Part shown: in pieces, positions 23,704 to 32,382 of the stretch
How the letters are laid out: every line of letters starts with the position of its first letter
Numbering within the stretch: the stretch's first letter is position 1
Source of the DNA: a virus
Taxonomy: Duplodnaviria > Caudoviricetes
Length of the DNA: 58,872 bases
Reading direction: 5' to 3' (one strand)
Virus record (IMG/VR): IMGVR_UViG_3300033997_000206
Location: 1 to 58,872 of that record
Notes under the pieces: model-generated
Databases searched by the model: none
Told to the model about the DNA's origin: nothing
Seen by the model: the letters and a program-made list of their open reading frames with translations, nothing else
Translations under genes and position numbers: made by a program

Positions 23704-24213
23704 ATGAAAACATTCATCGCTGCGGCGGTGTTCAGCCTCTTTGCCGTGTCAGCTGGCGCTGCCGAACTGTCCGGTGCCATCGGCGCAACGGGCCAAGGTG
23801 GCATTACCGCCCGCGTCGGCCTTGGCTTTAACTGGGATAAGTCCTGGTTCGAGTCGAGCACCGGGCGCCTCACTGGCTACTGGGATGCGGGCTACACCTA
23901 CTGGGAAGCAGGCGATGCTTCTGGTGGTGCGCATTCGCTGTCTTTCTCCCCGGTCTTTGTTTACGAATTCGGCAGCGGCAACGTGAAGCCATTCGTTGAA
24001 GCGGGCATCGGTGTGGCGGTGTTCTCCGGCACATCCGCAGGCGATCAGGAATTCGGTTCGGCGTTCAACTTCGAAGACCGGATCGGTGCCGGCCTGAAGA
24101 TCGGCGAGACCCAGAAGGTGGGCATCCGAGCTATTCACTATTCCAACGCTGGCATCAAGCAGCCCAACGACGGTATCGAGTCGTACTCACTCTTCTACAG
24201 CCATCAGATTTGA
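23704..24213 (+). CDS. pagL: Lipid A 3-O-deacylase
   Basis: Signal peptide, beta-barrel pattern, PFVEAGIG, GSAFNFEDRIGAG, catalytic HYSNAG...N.G. Confidence 0.93.
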   Translation: MKTFIAAAVFSLFAVSAGAAELSGAIGATGQGGITARVGLGFNWDKSWFESSTGRLTGYWDAGYTYWEAGDASGGAHSLSFSPVFVYEFGSGNVKPFVEAGIGVAVFSGTSAGDQEFGSAFNFEDRIGAGLKIGETQKVGIRAIHYSNAGIKQPNDGIESYSLFYSHQI

Positions 24214-24261
24214 ATCAGCAATTTCCCGAAATGCCCGCCTTGTGCGCGTATTTTGCTCCCG

Positions 24262-24292
24262 GGCCCTGGCATCCGCTGGGGCTTTTTCGTTT
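24262..24292 (+). terminator. Terminator after pagL
   Basis: GCCCTGGC-ATCC-GCTGGGGC followed by a T-tract. Confidence 0.65.
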
Positions 24293-24551
24293 CTGGACTG
24301 TCGATGACGTGACCGGGCCGGTCGGGTGAGGCCTTCTGGCCGTGGATGCGGGTGGCTAGAGTAGTTACTGGTTGCATATCCAGTATTTTGCTGAGATAGT
24401 CATTCCACTCCTCGTGTACAAGGCAGTGAGAGCCAGCTGGTATTGCTGACCTGGTGGAACGAGTGAAGGCCCTGAGCTTCGAGCAATCGCCTTTGAGCGA
24501 CATGAAAGCGGAATTCTCCGCGATTAATCATTCAACTCAATAGGTGACAAA

Positions 24552-24884
24552 ATGACTGTACGAGTCCTCGGCAAGCACTTCAAAAATCTGTCTTTCAGCG
24601 GTATGGCCGCCAAAGTTGGCACGCTGTTTACGCCAGAAGAAAATGTTAACGGCATTGTGCTATACGATCTGCGTACCTGGGCCAATAACATCGTAAGCGT
24701 TGGCGTGACAGCCCCGACGACTACCTCGTCCAGGGATCTGCCTATCATTTCTCAGGGTGAGGCGGACTTTCAGCCCATCATCATTCCTGCCGGGCTTGGG
24801 GTTTATATGCAGCTCACCCAGACCTACAACATTCCGGCTCTCATTCGCTGGGACTTTCTGAACCCTGATGGCACTGTTGCGTAA
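24552..24884 (+). CDS. Hypothetical beta-rich protein (moron)
   Basis: TAGGTG RBS; clean 110-aa ORF between pagL and the holin. Confidence 0.7.
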   Translation: MTVRVLGKHFKNLSFSGMAAKVGTLFTPEENVNGIVLYDLRTWANNIVSVGVTAPTTTSSRDLPIISQGEADFQPIIIPAGLGVYMQLTQTYNIPALIRWDFLNPDGTVA

Positions 24885-25075
24885 GCTCTGCTGAATGCTT
24901 TGGGCCCCCATAGCGTGGGGGCTCTTGGCAGAAAAGTGCGACTCTAGCTCAAGTAAAACTTCCAGGTCTTGCCATCGCGCTGGGCCTTTTCTTTTCGGTC
25001 CCGCCGCACTCTTCGCTCTGAGCAGGGAGTGCTGCCTAGGCTACCCATTCTAAGCATGCCCCCGGAGTCGAGCGC

Positions 25076-25405
25076 ATGGAGAATTTTCATCGCCTGCTCG
25101 ACAGGCTTGATCTGCTAATTGCGGGCCTATTCGGGGTTATCGTCGCCAGTTGGTGGCACAAAGACGACCTGACCGACTGGCGCGCATGGATGATCTTCCT
25201 GATCACCGGTGTGGCATGCGCGCTGTACCTGACGGGGATGGTCAGTTCATACCTGGGCGTCACCGAGCCGAATACCGTCGCTGGTGTTGGCTTCCTGCTC
25301 GGCACCTTCGGTGGCTCCCTACTTGCCGCCATCAACCGAGCAATCAAAGCCGCTGACCTTTGGGCGCTCATCCGCCAGAGGTTCGGGGGAGGCAACCAGC
25401 CATGA
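25076..25405 (+). CDS. Holin-like protein (3 TM)
   Basis: Three hydrophobic segments, basic C-terminus, hairpin upstream of the RBS. Confidence 0.8.
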   Translation: MENFHRLLDRLDLLIAGLFGVIVASWWHKDDLTDWRAWMIFLITGVACALYLTGMVSSYLGVTEPNTVAGVGFLLGTFGGSLLAAINRAIKAADLWALIRQRFGGGNQP

Positions 25406-25713
25406 GCCTTGAAACCATCAACACCATCGCCTGCGGCCTGATCGCTTTCTGGGCAATCTGGTGCGTGCTGAGCGGAAGGGTGCGCGACGGGGTGATCGGC
25501 AAGCTGATCTATTCAGCGATCGCCATCAGCGGATTCGTCGTCACCGCCCGCAACCAGAGCCTATTCTTCGGCCAGACCACTGCGGTGCTCACCTTGCACA
25601 CGACCCTGGCCATGGCTGGCGTCCGGCACATCTTCATGGTCACCTGGTGGCCACGGGTCAAGCGCTGGATCTGTCGGCACTTGGACTGCGAGCGCTGCAA
25701 GCCGGCGGAGTAA
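25402..25713 (+). CDS. Second holin-like membrane protein
   Basis: Three TM segments; VRDGVIGKLIY; ATGA overlap. Confidence 0.7.
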   Translation: MSLETINTIACGLIAFWAIWCVLSGRVRDGVIGKLIYSAIAISGFVVTARNQSLFFGQTTAVLTLHTTLAMAGVRHIFMVTWWPRVKRWICRHLDCERCKPAE

Positions 25714-25715
25714 TC

Positions 25716-25752
25716 CGCGCCACAAAATCGAGGTGCGCCGTTTCGTGGCGCG
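25716..25752. repeat. Palindromic motif copy C
   Basis: CGCGCCACAAAAT-N11-GTTTCGTGGCGCG, filling the intergenic gap. Confidence 0.8.
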
Positions 25753-25761
25753 GAGAACTGA

Positions 25762-26190
25762 ATGACTACCATTGCTTACAAGGACGGCGTAATCGCCTGC
25801 GACTCCCGCCAGACCCGCGGCGGCTCGATCGTCTCGGATGACGTTGTGAAGTGCCAGATCGTTGATGGGGTCAGCTTCTTCCTGTCCGGCGCCGTGTGCG
25901 ATGAGAAGGCCCTGATTGCGGCCTACTTCGGCACTCCGTCGCCGGTGCCTGTCGAGTGCTCCGGCTATGCCGTTGATGGCGGCAGGCTCATCATGGTCGG
26001 TCACGACGACAAGACCGGAGTCTGGAAGCAGGACCTCGACCCGGCCAACCCTGACGCTATCGGCAGCGGATCAGCATACGCCCTGGCCGCAATGGATATG
26101 GGCGCAAGTGCCGAAGAAGCGGTGCGCGCCGCCATGAAGCGCGACATCTACACCGGCGGCCAGATCGTGACGTTTTGTGTCGCTGGGTAG
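25762..26190 (+). CDS. Proteasome-beta/HslV-like Ntn hydrolase
   Basis: M-TTIAY.DGVIACDSRQT; AIGSGSAYALAAM; DIYTGG. Confidence 0.85.
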   Translation: MTTIAYKDGVIACDSRQTRGGSIVSDDVVKCQIVDGVSFFLSGAVCDEKALIAAYFGTPSPVPVECSGYAVDGGRLIMVGHDDKTGVWKQDLDPANPDAIGSGSAYALAAMDMGASAEEAVRAAMKRDIYTGGQIVTFCVAG

Positions 26191-26215
26191 GTGTGTCGCG
26201 GTGCAATCTTCTTGT

Positions 26216-26665
26216 TCAGTTCATGCCGTCAAAGATGATCTTGGCACTCACCAGTTTCTGATCGTTGAGGGTCAGCGTACAGACGGATTCAGGAATGATC
26301 TTGCCCGGCTCGGTTTTCAATGGAGCGCATTTCAGCAGCCCGGTCCGATCACCGAAAGGCAGTTTGAAACCTTGAAAGGTTTTGCTGATTTCAAGCTTGA
26401 ACGGTTGGCCGTATCCAACTCCAGCAAAGACCCCAGGCTCGCCATCACTTAAGAAACCAGTGGCTGGAGTAGCGCAGATTGTTCCCTCTGTACGCTTGCC
26501 ATCGATCAGATTTGCGTCTGTGTAGCAGTTAATGAACCCCTTTTGCGTCGCTATGGCACCGATACCTTTATCGGTCCAGGTTGCCGGAGGCCGCATGGCG
26601 CAGCCCGCGAGAAGTGATACGCCAATAGCGGAAATGGCGAGGGGAATGGCTTTAGCGAAGAGCAT
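26216..26665 (-). CDS. Lipoprotein (opposite-strand moron)
   Basis: LLAGC lipobox, four further Cys; own promoter-like TTGAAA-17-TATTTG. Confidence 0.75.
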   Translation of the reverse strand: MLFAKAIPLAISAIGVSLLAGCAMRPPATWTDKGIGAIATQKGFINCYTDANLIDGKRTEGTICATPATGFLSDGEPGVFAGVGYGQPFKLEISKTFQGFKLPFGDRTGLLKCAPLKTEPGKIIPESVCTLTLNDQKLVSAKIIFDGMN

Positions 26666-26738
26666 GAGGGAGCGTCCTTTCTGATAGGGGCGCTACAAAT
26701 ACCGGCAACACGCCATCATTTCAAGATTTAGGTGCCCA

Positions 26739-27347
26739 ATGAGCAGACCAATGCCGCCAGGTGATCTGCTCAAATCGCTTTGGCTGAGCCTGAGCCCGGC
26801 CGCCGATGTTTGGGATTGGGTGCAGAGCGAAATCCTCGCCGACACCGGCAGCATCCACAATCCAGATCACGCCCACCTGATCGATGCCAACATCGGCGTG
26901 CTGTGGGCGTCCAGCGGGTTCGCCAAGCAGGGGCGGGTCGTCCTTGGCCAGGCTGAGCAGCTTATGTTCCGAGCTGGTGGATGGCAGAAGGCTCGGCAAG
27001 AGCAACAGATGCGGGAATGGTTCGGTGAAGAGCCGGACTACCTCATCACCCTGGCTGCCGATTACTGCTACCAGTGCACCGACGCTGAGTTCTGCGCCCT
27101 GGTCGAACACGAGTTGTACCACATCGCCCAGGCGACCGATGAGCATGGCGCACCCAAGTTCAGGCAGGACGGGATGCCCAAGCTCTACCTTCGCGGCCAC
27201 GACGTCGAAGAGTTCGTCGGTGTGGTACGGCGCTACGGTGCCAGCGAAGAAGTCCAGCAGCTGATAGACGCTGCAAGCCGGCCGCCTGAGGTGGCCAAGA
27301 ACAACATTTCGAGGGCCTGCGGAACCTGTCTACTGAAGTCGGCCTGA
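26739..27347 (+). CDS. Putative phage metallopeptidase
   Basis: ALVEHELYH (HExxH) and HDVEEF. Confidence 0.85.
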   Translation: MSRPMPPGDLLKSLWLSLSPAADVWDWVQSEILADTGSIHNPDHAHLIDANIGVLWASSGFAKQGRVVLGQAEQLMFRAGGWQKARQEQQMREWFGEEPDYLITLAADYCYQCTDAEFCALVEHELYHIAQATDEHGAPKFRQDGMPKLYLRGHDVEEFVGVVRRYGASEEVQQLIDAASRPPEVAKNNISRACGTCLLKSA

Positions 27348-27378
27348 TTTTTGGACAGGTTTGGACGGATGATCGCCT

Positions 27379-27855
27379 ATGGCAGCCCTATCAAGTGAGG
27401 TGAAGGTCTTCGTAATTCAGGCCTTGGCCTGCTTCGATACGCCCTCCCAGGTGGCCGAGTCGGTCCAAAAGGAATTCGGCTTGACCATCACCCGACAGCA
27501 AATCGAGTCGCACGACCCCACTAAGGTTTCTGGGAAGGGGTTAGCCGCCAAGTGGAAGCAGCTGTTCGAAGACACTCGCAAGCGCTTCCGCGAAGACATC
27601 ACTGAAATTCCCATCGCCAACAAGGCCTACCGTCTGCGCGGCCTCAATCGGATGGCTGACAAAGCCGAAGGAATGCGGAACCTGGCACTGACGGCGCAAC
27701 TGTACGAGCAGGCGGCCAAGGAGTGCGGCGACATGTACGTCAACCGCAAGATCGAACCCGACAAGCCCCTGGGCTCCCAGGCGGACCAGCAGCACGCCGT
27801 TGCTGAGTACAAGCTGGAGCCAGACGAAGGTGTCCCGACTACCCCGTACCTATGA
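27379..27855 (+). CDS. terS: Terminase small subunit (DUF2280-like)
   Basis: FVIQALACFDTPSQV...YEQAAKE; directly upstream of terL. Confidence 0.8.
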   Translation: MAALSSEVKVFVIQALACFDTPSQVAESVQKEFGLTITRQQIESHDPTKVSGKGLAAKWKQLFEDTRKRFREDITEIPIANKAYRLRGLNRMADKAEGMRNLALTAQLYEQAAKECGDMYVNRKIEPDKPLGSQADQQHAVAEYKLEPDEGVPTTPYL

Positions 27856-29158
27856 CCCGCCGGTGAAGCTGACGCCAAAGCAGGCGAACATCTATTGCTG
27901 GGGGTTCCAGCCCGAGGCGCGCTTTCGAGATGCGGTATGCGGGCGGCGATTCGGCAAGACCTTCCTCGGCAAGGCAGAGATGCGCCGCGCGGCCCGACTG
28001 GCTGCGGAATGGGGAGTGAGCGTCGAGGACGAGATCTGGTATGGCGCGCCGACGTTTAAGCAGGCCAAGCGGGTCTTCTGGCGGCGCCTGAAGCAGGCCA
28101 TCCCTGAGGCCTGGCGCGCTGCCCGACCGAACGAGACCGAGTGCTCGATCACCCTCAAGTCAGGCCACATCATGCGTGTGGTCGGCCTGGACAATTACGA
28201 CAACCTGCGGGGCTCTGGCCTGTTCTTCGTCTTGGTGGACGAATGGGCAGACTGCCCGTGGGCAGCTTGGGAAGAAGTGCTCAGGCCGATGCTCTCGACC
28301 TGCCAGTACACGATTCCCCAGACCGGAGAGTCGCGCAAAGGCGGGCATGCGCTGCGAATCGGCACTCCGAAGGGTTTCAACCACTGCTACGACACCTACC
28401 GCGACGGGCAGCCGGGCGGGGAGCCCGACCACAAGAGCTGGCAATACACCTCACTGCAGGGTGGTAACGTCCCAGCCGATGAGCTGGACGCCGCTCGGCG
28501 CAAGATGGACCCGCGCACGTTCCGCCAGGAATATGAGGCCGGGTTCGAGAACTATGCCGGGGTCGTCTACTACACCTTCGACCGGGTTGAGTGCCGCACC
28601 AGCGAGCGCATCAAGCCAGGCGAGGCTATCCACATCGGTATGGACTTCAACGTCATGAAGATGGCCGCGGTTGTGTACGTGGTCCGTGAAGGGTTGCCGC
28701 TGGCGCTGGACGAGTTTCACTCGGTGCGCGACACGCCGGAGATGATCGAGAAGATCAAGGTGCGTTTCTCGGGCCATAGCGTTTCCGTGTACCCGGACGC
28801 CAGCGGCCAGAACACCAGCAGCAAGAACGCCAGCGAGTCGGACCTGTCGCTGCTCAAGAAGGCTGGTTTCACCGTCGTGGTCGACTCACAGAACCCCGGC
28901 GTGAAGGACCGTATCAATGCGGTCAACGCCATGTTTCTCAACACCTACGGGGAGCGGCGCATGAAGGTCAACATCGACCAGTGCCCGCAGCTCACCCAGT
29001 GCCTGGAACGGCAGACGTACACCGACAAGGGCGAGCCGGACAAGGACCCCAAGAAGGGGCACGACCACATGAACGACGCCGCCGGCTACTTCATCGCCAA
29101 GCGGTTCCCGATCAAGACTCAGTCCGCCGGCACCCGCCGCATCGGAGGTTTGGCGTAA
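27830..29158 (+). CDS. terL: Terminase large subunit
   Basis: GRRFGKT Walker A, VLVDEW Walker B, GTPKG, GMDFN, DHMNDAAGY nuclease motifs. Confidence 0.95.
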   Translation: MSRLPRTYDPPVKLTPKQANIYCWGFQPEARFRDAVCGRRFGKTFLGKAEMRRAARLAAEWGVSVEDEIWYGAPTFKQAKRVFWRRLKQAIPEAWRAARPNETECSITLKSGHIMRVVGLDNYDNLRGSGLFFVLVDEWADCPWAAWEEVLRPMLSTCQYTIPQTGESRKGGHALRIGTPKGFNHCYDTYRDGQPGGEPDHKSWQYTSLQGGNVPADELDAARRKMDPRTFRQEYEAGFENYAGVVYYTFDRVECRTSERIKPGEAIHIGMDFNVMKMAAVVYVVREGLPLALDEFHSVRDTPEMIEKIKVRFSGHSVSVYPDASGQNTSSKNASESDLSLLKKAGFTVVVDSQNPGVKDRINAVNAMFLNTYGERRMKVNIDQCPQLTQCLERQTYTDKGEPDKDPKKGHDHMNDAAGYFIAKRFPIKTQSAGTRRIGGLA

Positions 29159-30609
29159 TGCCTGTTCAATCCACCAACCCAGACTATGACGCTCACATCG
29201 ATGAGTGGCGGATGATGGACGACGCGCTGGAGGGCGAGGGCGCCATCAAGCGCAGTCCGCGCAATCTGCCCAAGCCCAGCGGCATGATCGAGGCCGAGAA
29301 GCTGGACGGCGCCGGCAATGCCTATCTTTACCGGAACTACACCGACCGGGCCCAGTACGAGCACTGGGTGCGAGATTCGCTGCGCTCGATGATGGGCCTG
29401 GTCTCCCGGCTGATTCCCGAGGTGAAGTTGCCCTCGGGCCTGAAGGGTCTGGAGGACAACGCCACGGCGGATGGCTTCGGCCTGACCCAGCTGTTCCTGC
29501 GGATCGTGCGCCAGGCCATCTCCCATGGGCGAGTGCCGCTGGTGGTCAATATCGATGACCAGGGCCAGCCTTACTTCGCCACCTACGCGGTGCGCAACGC
29601 CATCAACTGGGACACTGCCGACCAGGGCGGCCGGCAGGACCTGGTGCTGTCCGTGTTCCGCGAGTTCAGGCGCAAGGAGCAGGATCGCTACAGCCACGAG
29701 TGCGAGACGGTGTACCGCGAGTTCTACATGGATGGCGTGGTCTGCCGCACAGGCGTGCGCAACGAGGCTGGCGAGCTGATCGAGGAGGATCGCCCCCTGG
29801 GGACAGTAGACGGCAACAACAACCTGGTGCGCGGCCTGGGCTACATCCCCGTCATCTACTGCGGTTCCACTGACAACTCGCCTGATGTGGACGAGATCCC
29901 GTTGCTGACCATGGCCAGAGCCGCGCTGAAGTCCTACCAGCTGAGCGCCGACTACTTCACCGCGCTGCACCAGACCAGCCACCCGCAGCCGTGGGTGTCC
30001 GGCCTGGATGAAAGTGTAGAGCTCAGCGTCACTGGCCCTTCGGCAGCCTGGGACTTGGGGCCCAGCGGATCGTGCGGCTATCTGGAGTTCCAGGGTGCCG
30101 GAATCGAAGCTGTCCGCACGGCGATGGCAGACCAGAAGAGCTCGGCCCTTGAGGCGGGCGCTAAGGTCATGGACGTGTCCGGTACGGAATCGGGTGAGGC
30201 CCGCAAGACCCGGCAGAACGACCAGCATGCCACCCTGCACAGCATCGTCATCACTGCGGCGGAGGCCATTGAGCAGGCCTTGCGGTACGCCGCAGAGTGG
30301 ACTGGCTATGACCCGGACGACGTCGTCTTCACGGTCAAGCCGGAGTTCGTCATTCCAGAGGTCAACGCCCAAGTGCTGGCCGAGCTGCAGAAGAGTGTCA
30401 TGGCCGGCACCATCAGCGCTGAGACCTACTGGCAGTACCTCACCACAGGGAAGCTTCCCGAGCACCCCTACGACGAAGAAGCCGGCCTGATCGGCGACGA
30501 CCACGGCGCAGGTGGCATCAACTTGGATAAAGACGATGTCGACGAAACCGGAGCAAACGGCGGACGAGAAGCTGCTGGAGCAGGTAAGCCGCCACTCGGT
30601 GTTGCTTGA
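29158..30609 (+). CDS. Portal protein (DUF4055-like)
   Basis: Follows terL; size; Y..RA.Y and PLL.MA....YQ.SADY...LH motifs. Confidence 0.88.
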   Translation: MPVQSTNPDYDAHIDEWRMMDDALEGEGAIKRSPRNLPKPSGMIEAEKLDGAGNAYLYRNYTDRAQYEHWVRDSLRSMMGLVSRLIPEVKLPSGLKGLEDNATADGFGLTQLFLRIVRQAISHGRVPLVVNIDDQGQPYFATYAVRNAINWDTADQGGRQDLVLSVFREFRRKEQDRYSHECETVYREFYMDGVVCRTGVRNEAGELIEEDRPLGTVDGNNNLVRGLGYIPVIYCGSTDNSPDVDEIPLLTMARAALKSYQLSADYFTALHQTSHPQPWVSGLDESVELSVTGPSAAWDLGPSGSCGYLEFQGAGIEAVRTAMADQKSSALEAGAKVMDVSGTESGEARKTRQNDQHATLHSIVITAAEAIEQALRYAAEWTGYDPDDVVFTVKPEFVIPEVNAQVLAELQKSVMAGTISAETYWQYLTTGKLPEHPYDEEAGLIGDDHGAGGINLDKDDVDETGANGGREAAGAGKPPLGVA

Positions 30610-31627
30610 GCGGCTCAAGGCCGGCGAGGTCAAGAAGTTCGAAACCTACCTGCGCCGCGCTGACACCCACATCCGCGACCAGCTCACCCGCAAGGAGCTG
30701 ACCACCTACGGCCGAAGCCGGCTTGACGAGTTTCTGGGGCGGGTGGGCAGCAAGCTGCTTGAGATCTACAAGGCCTTCAGCGACCGGATGCAGTCCGACC
30801 TGGTTGACATCGCGCAGTACGAAGCCGCATTCGAGGGGCGCAGCCTGGCGGAGGCGCTGCTGATCGATGCGGTGATGCCAGCGGATTCCCTGATCCGGGC
30901 GGCGATCAACACTCAGCCCCTGCAGGTGGCCGGGGTGGATGGCGGCAAGCTGCTCAAACCGTTCCTGAACGGATGGACCCGGACCGAAGCTGACAGGGTC
31001 ACCAATGCCATCCGGATGGGTGTTGTGCAGGGCCAGACCAACGCCGAGATTACCCAGACTATTCGCGGCACTGCGGCGCAGAACTTCACAGACGGCGTGC
31101 TGGCGGTCACGAACCGGAGCGCCCGGGCTGTCGTCCAGACCGCGGTTCAGCATGTGACCACCACGGCGCGCATGGAAACGTTCAAGGAGAATGTCGAGGT
31201 GGTGCCGGGCTATCGCATCGTCGCCACACTGGACCGGAAGACAAGCTTGCAGTGCCGGAGCCTGGATGGCCGCGAGTTCGAAGTGGGCAAGGGGCCTGTG
31301 CCGCCGTTTCACATTCATTGCCGAACCACCATCACGCCAATCACCAGGTTGTCGGCGCTGTTCGGTCAAGGCGCCACGCGGTCCTCCGTTGGCGCAGATG
31401 GCGGCGCACAGGTCGCGGCAAGCCTCAGCTACTACCAATGGCTGAAAACGCAGCCTGCGGCGTTCCAGGACGCCGCGTTGGGGCCGGTGCGCGGTAAGCT
31501 GTTCCGTGATGGTGGGTTGGCGGCGGAGCGGTTCGCGGCGCTCCAGTTGGACAAGAACTTCAAGCCACTGACGCTCGACCAACTCAAGGATCTGGAGCCG
31601 TTAGTATTCGAGCGAGCGGGGCTGTGA
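30536..31627 (+). CDS. Head morphogenesis protein (SPP1 gp7/Mu F-like)
   Basis: ATLDRKTS..CRSLDG...PPFHIHCRT. Confidence 0.9.
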   Translation: MSTKPEQTADEKLLEQVSRHSVLLERLKAGEVKKFETYLRRADTHIRDQLTRKELTTYGRSRLDEFLGRVGSKLLEIYKAFSDRMQSDLVDIAQYEAAFEGRSLAEALLIDAVMPADSLIRAAINTQPLQVAGVDGGKLLKPFLNGWTRTEADRVTNAIRMGVVQGQTNAEITQTIRGTAAQNFTDGVLAVTNRSARAVVQTAVQHVTTTARMETFKENVEVVPGYRIVATLDRKTSLQCRSLDGREFEVGKGPVPPFHIHCRTTITPITRLSALFGQGATRSSVGADGGAQVAASLSYYQWLKTQPAAFQDAALGPVRGKLFRDGGLAAERFAALQLDKNFKPLTLDQLKDLEPLVFERAGL

Positions 31628-31713
31628 GCCATTCATCTCACCCTAGTACACAAGACTCTGTTGGAAGATCATGGCAGTCGCGCATGTTGCGCATCACTGT
31701 CATGGGACGAAGA

Positions 31714-32298
31714 ATGCTGAAGTTGCTATGGATACCCGTAATCGCTTTGCTTGTAGGGCTCGCATTTCTCTTGGGGCTGTCGTTCGGCCTTGGGAAAAGC
31801 AATGCGTCGTTCGTGAATGAGGTGGTTCCGGTTCTCTCCATGCTGGGCGGGTGGGTATCCGGAATCGGTGCACTAGCTGCGGTCATCACCACCCTTTGGC
31901 TCGCAGACAAGCAAAGAAGAGAGGATGTTGAAAACGTCCGCGTCTCTGTCCGATCCGCTATTGCGGATACCGGTGAGGGCGGCTGGTTTATCGCTGTGAA
32001 CATGACCTCAGACGGAAAGAGGCCGGTGAAGGTGATCTCGCTCTCTGTCCACTCACCATTTGCAAAAAAATACATTCAGTTCACTCAGTTTTGGTGGGGA
32101 AGTGATTCTTTGCCTGTCTCCATGTCCTACGGAGACAGTGCTTCGCTTCACTTACCGCCTGGAACCGACCAGCAAATCGCCGCCTTTGTCCGTGACCACT
32201 GCCATGGCAGGGTTAAGGGTCTCAGGTTCGTAGTCCGAACCACGCTGCGCGAGTTTGAGGGAGCAATACACAAAAACCTGCTCACCCTCAGTTCCTGA
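31714..32298 (+). CDS. Two-TM membrane protein (moron in head cluster)
   Basis: Two N-terminal TMs (WVSGIGALAAVITTLWLA), soluble C-domain, own terminator; start uncertain. Confidence 0.7.
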   Translation: MLKLLWIPVIALLVGLAFLLGLSFGLGKSNASFVNEVVPVLSMLGGWVSGIGALAAVITTLWLADKQRREDVENVRVSVRSAIADTGEGGWFIAVNMTSDGKRPVKVISLSVHSPFAKKYIQFTQFWWGSDSLPVSMSYGDSASLHLPPGTDQQIAAFVRDHCHGRVKGLRFVVRTTLREFEGAIHKNLLTLSS

Positions 32299-32316
32299 GC
32301 TACGCGAATACAACAC

Positions 32317-32341
32317 AACCCGGCAATGCCGGGTTTTTTTA
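32317..32341 (+). terminator. Intrinsic terminator
   Basis: AACCCGGC-AAT-GCCGGGTTTTTTT. Confidence 0.8.
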
Positions 32342-32382
32342 TGCCCGCCAGGCGGGTCAATCAATCCCCAGGGGATAGCCAC

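Noticed and set aside
25076-25713. Holins separated from the endolysin/spanins as a novelty
   Set aside because: Split lysis cassettes are a known arrangement in Pseudomonas prophages and tailocins
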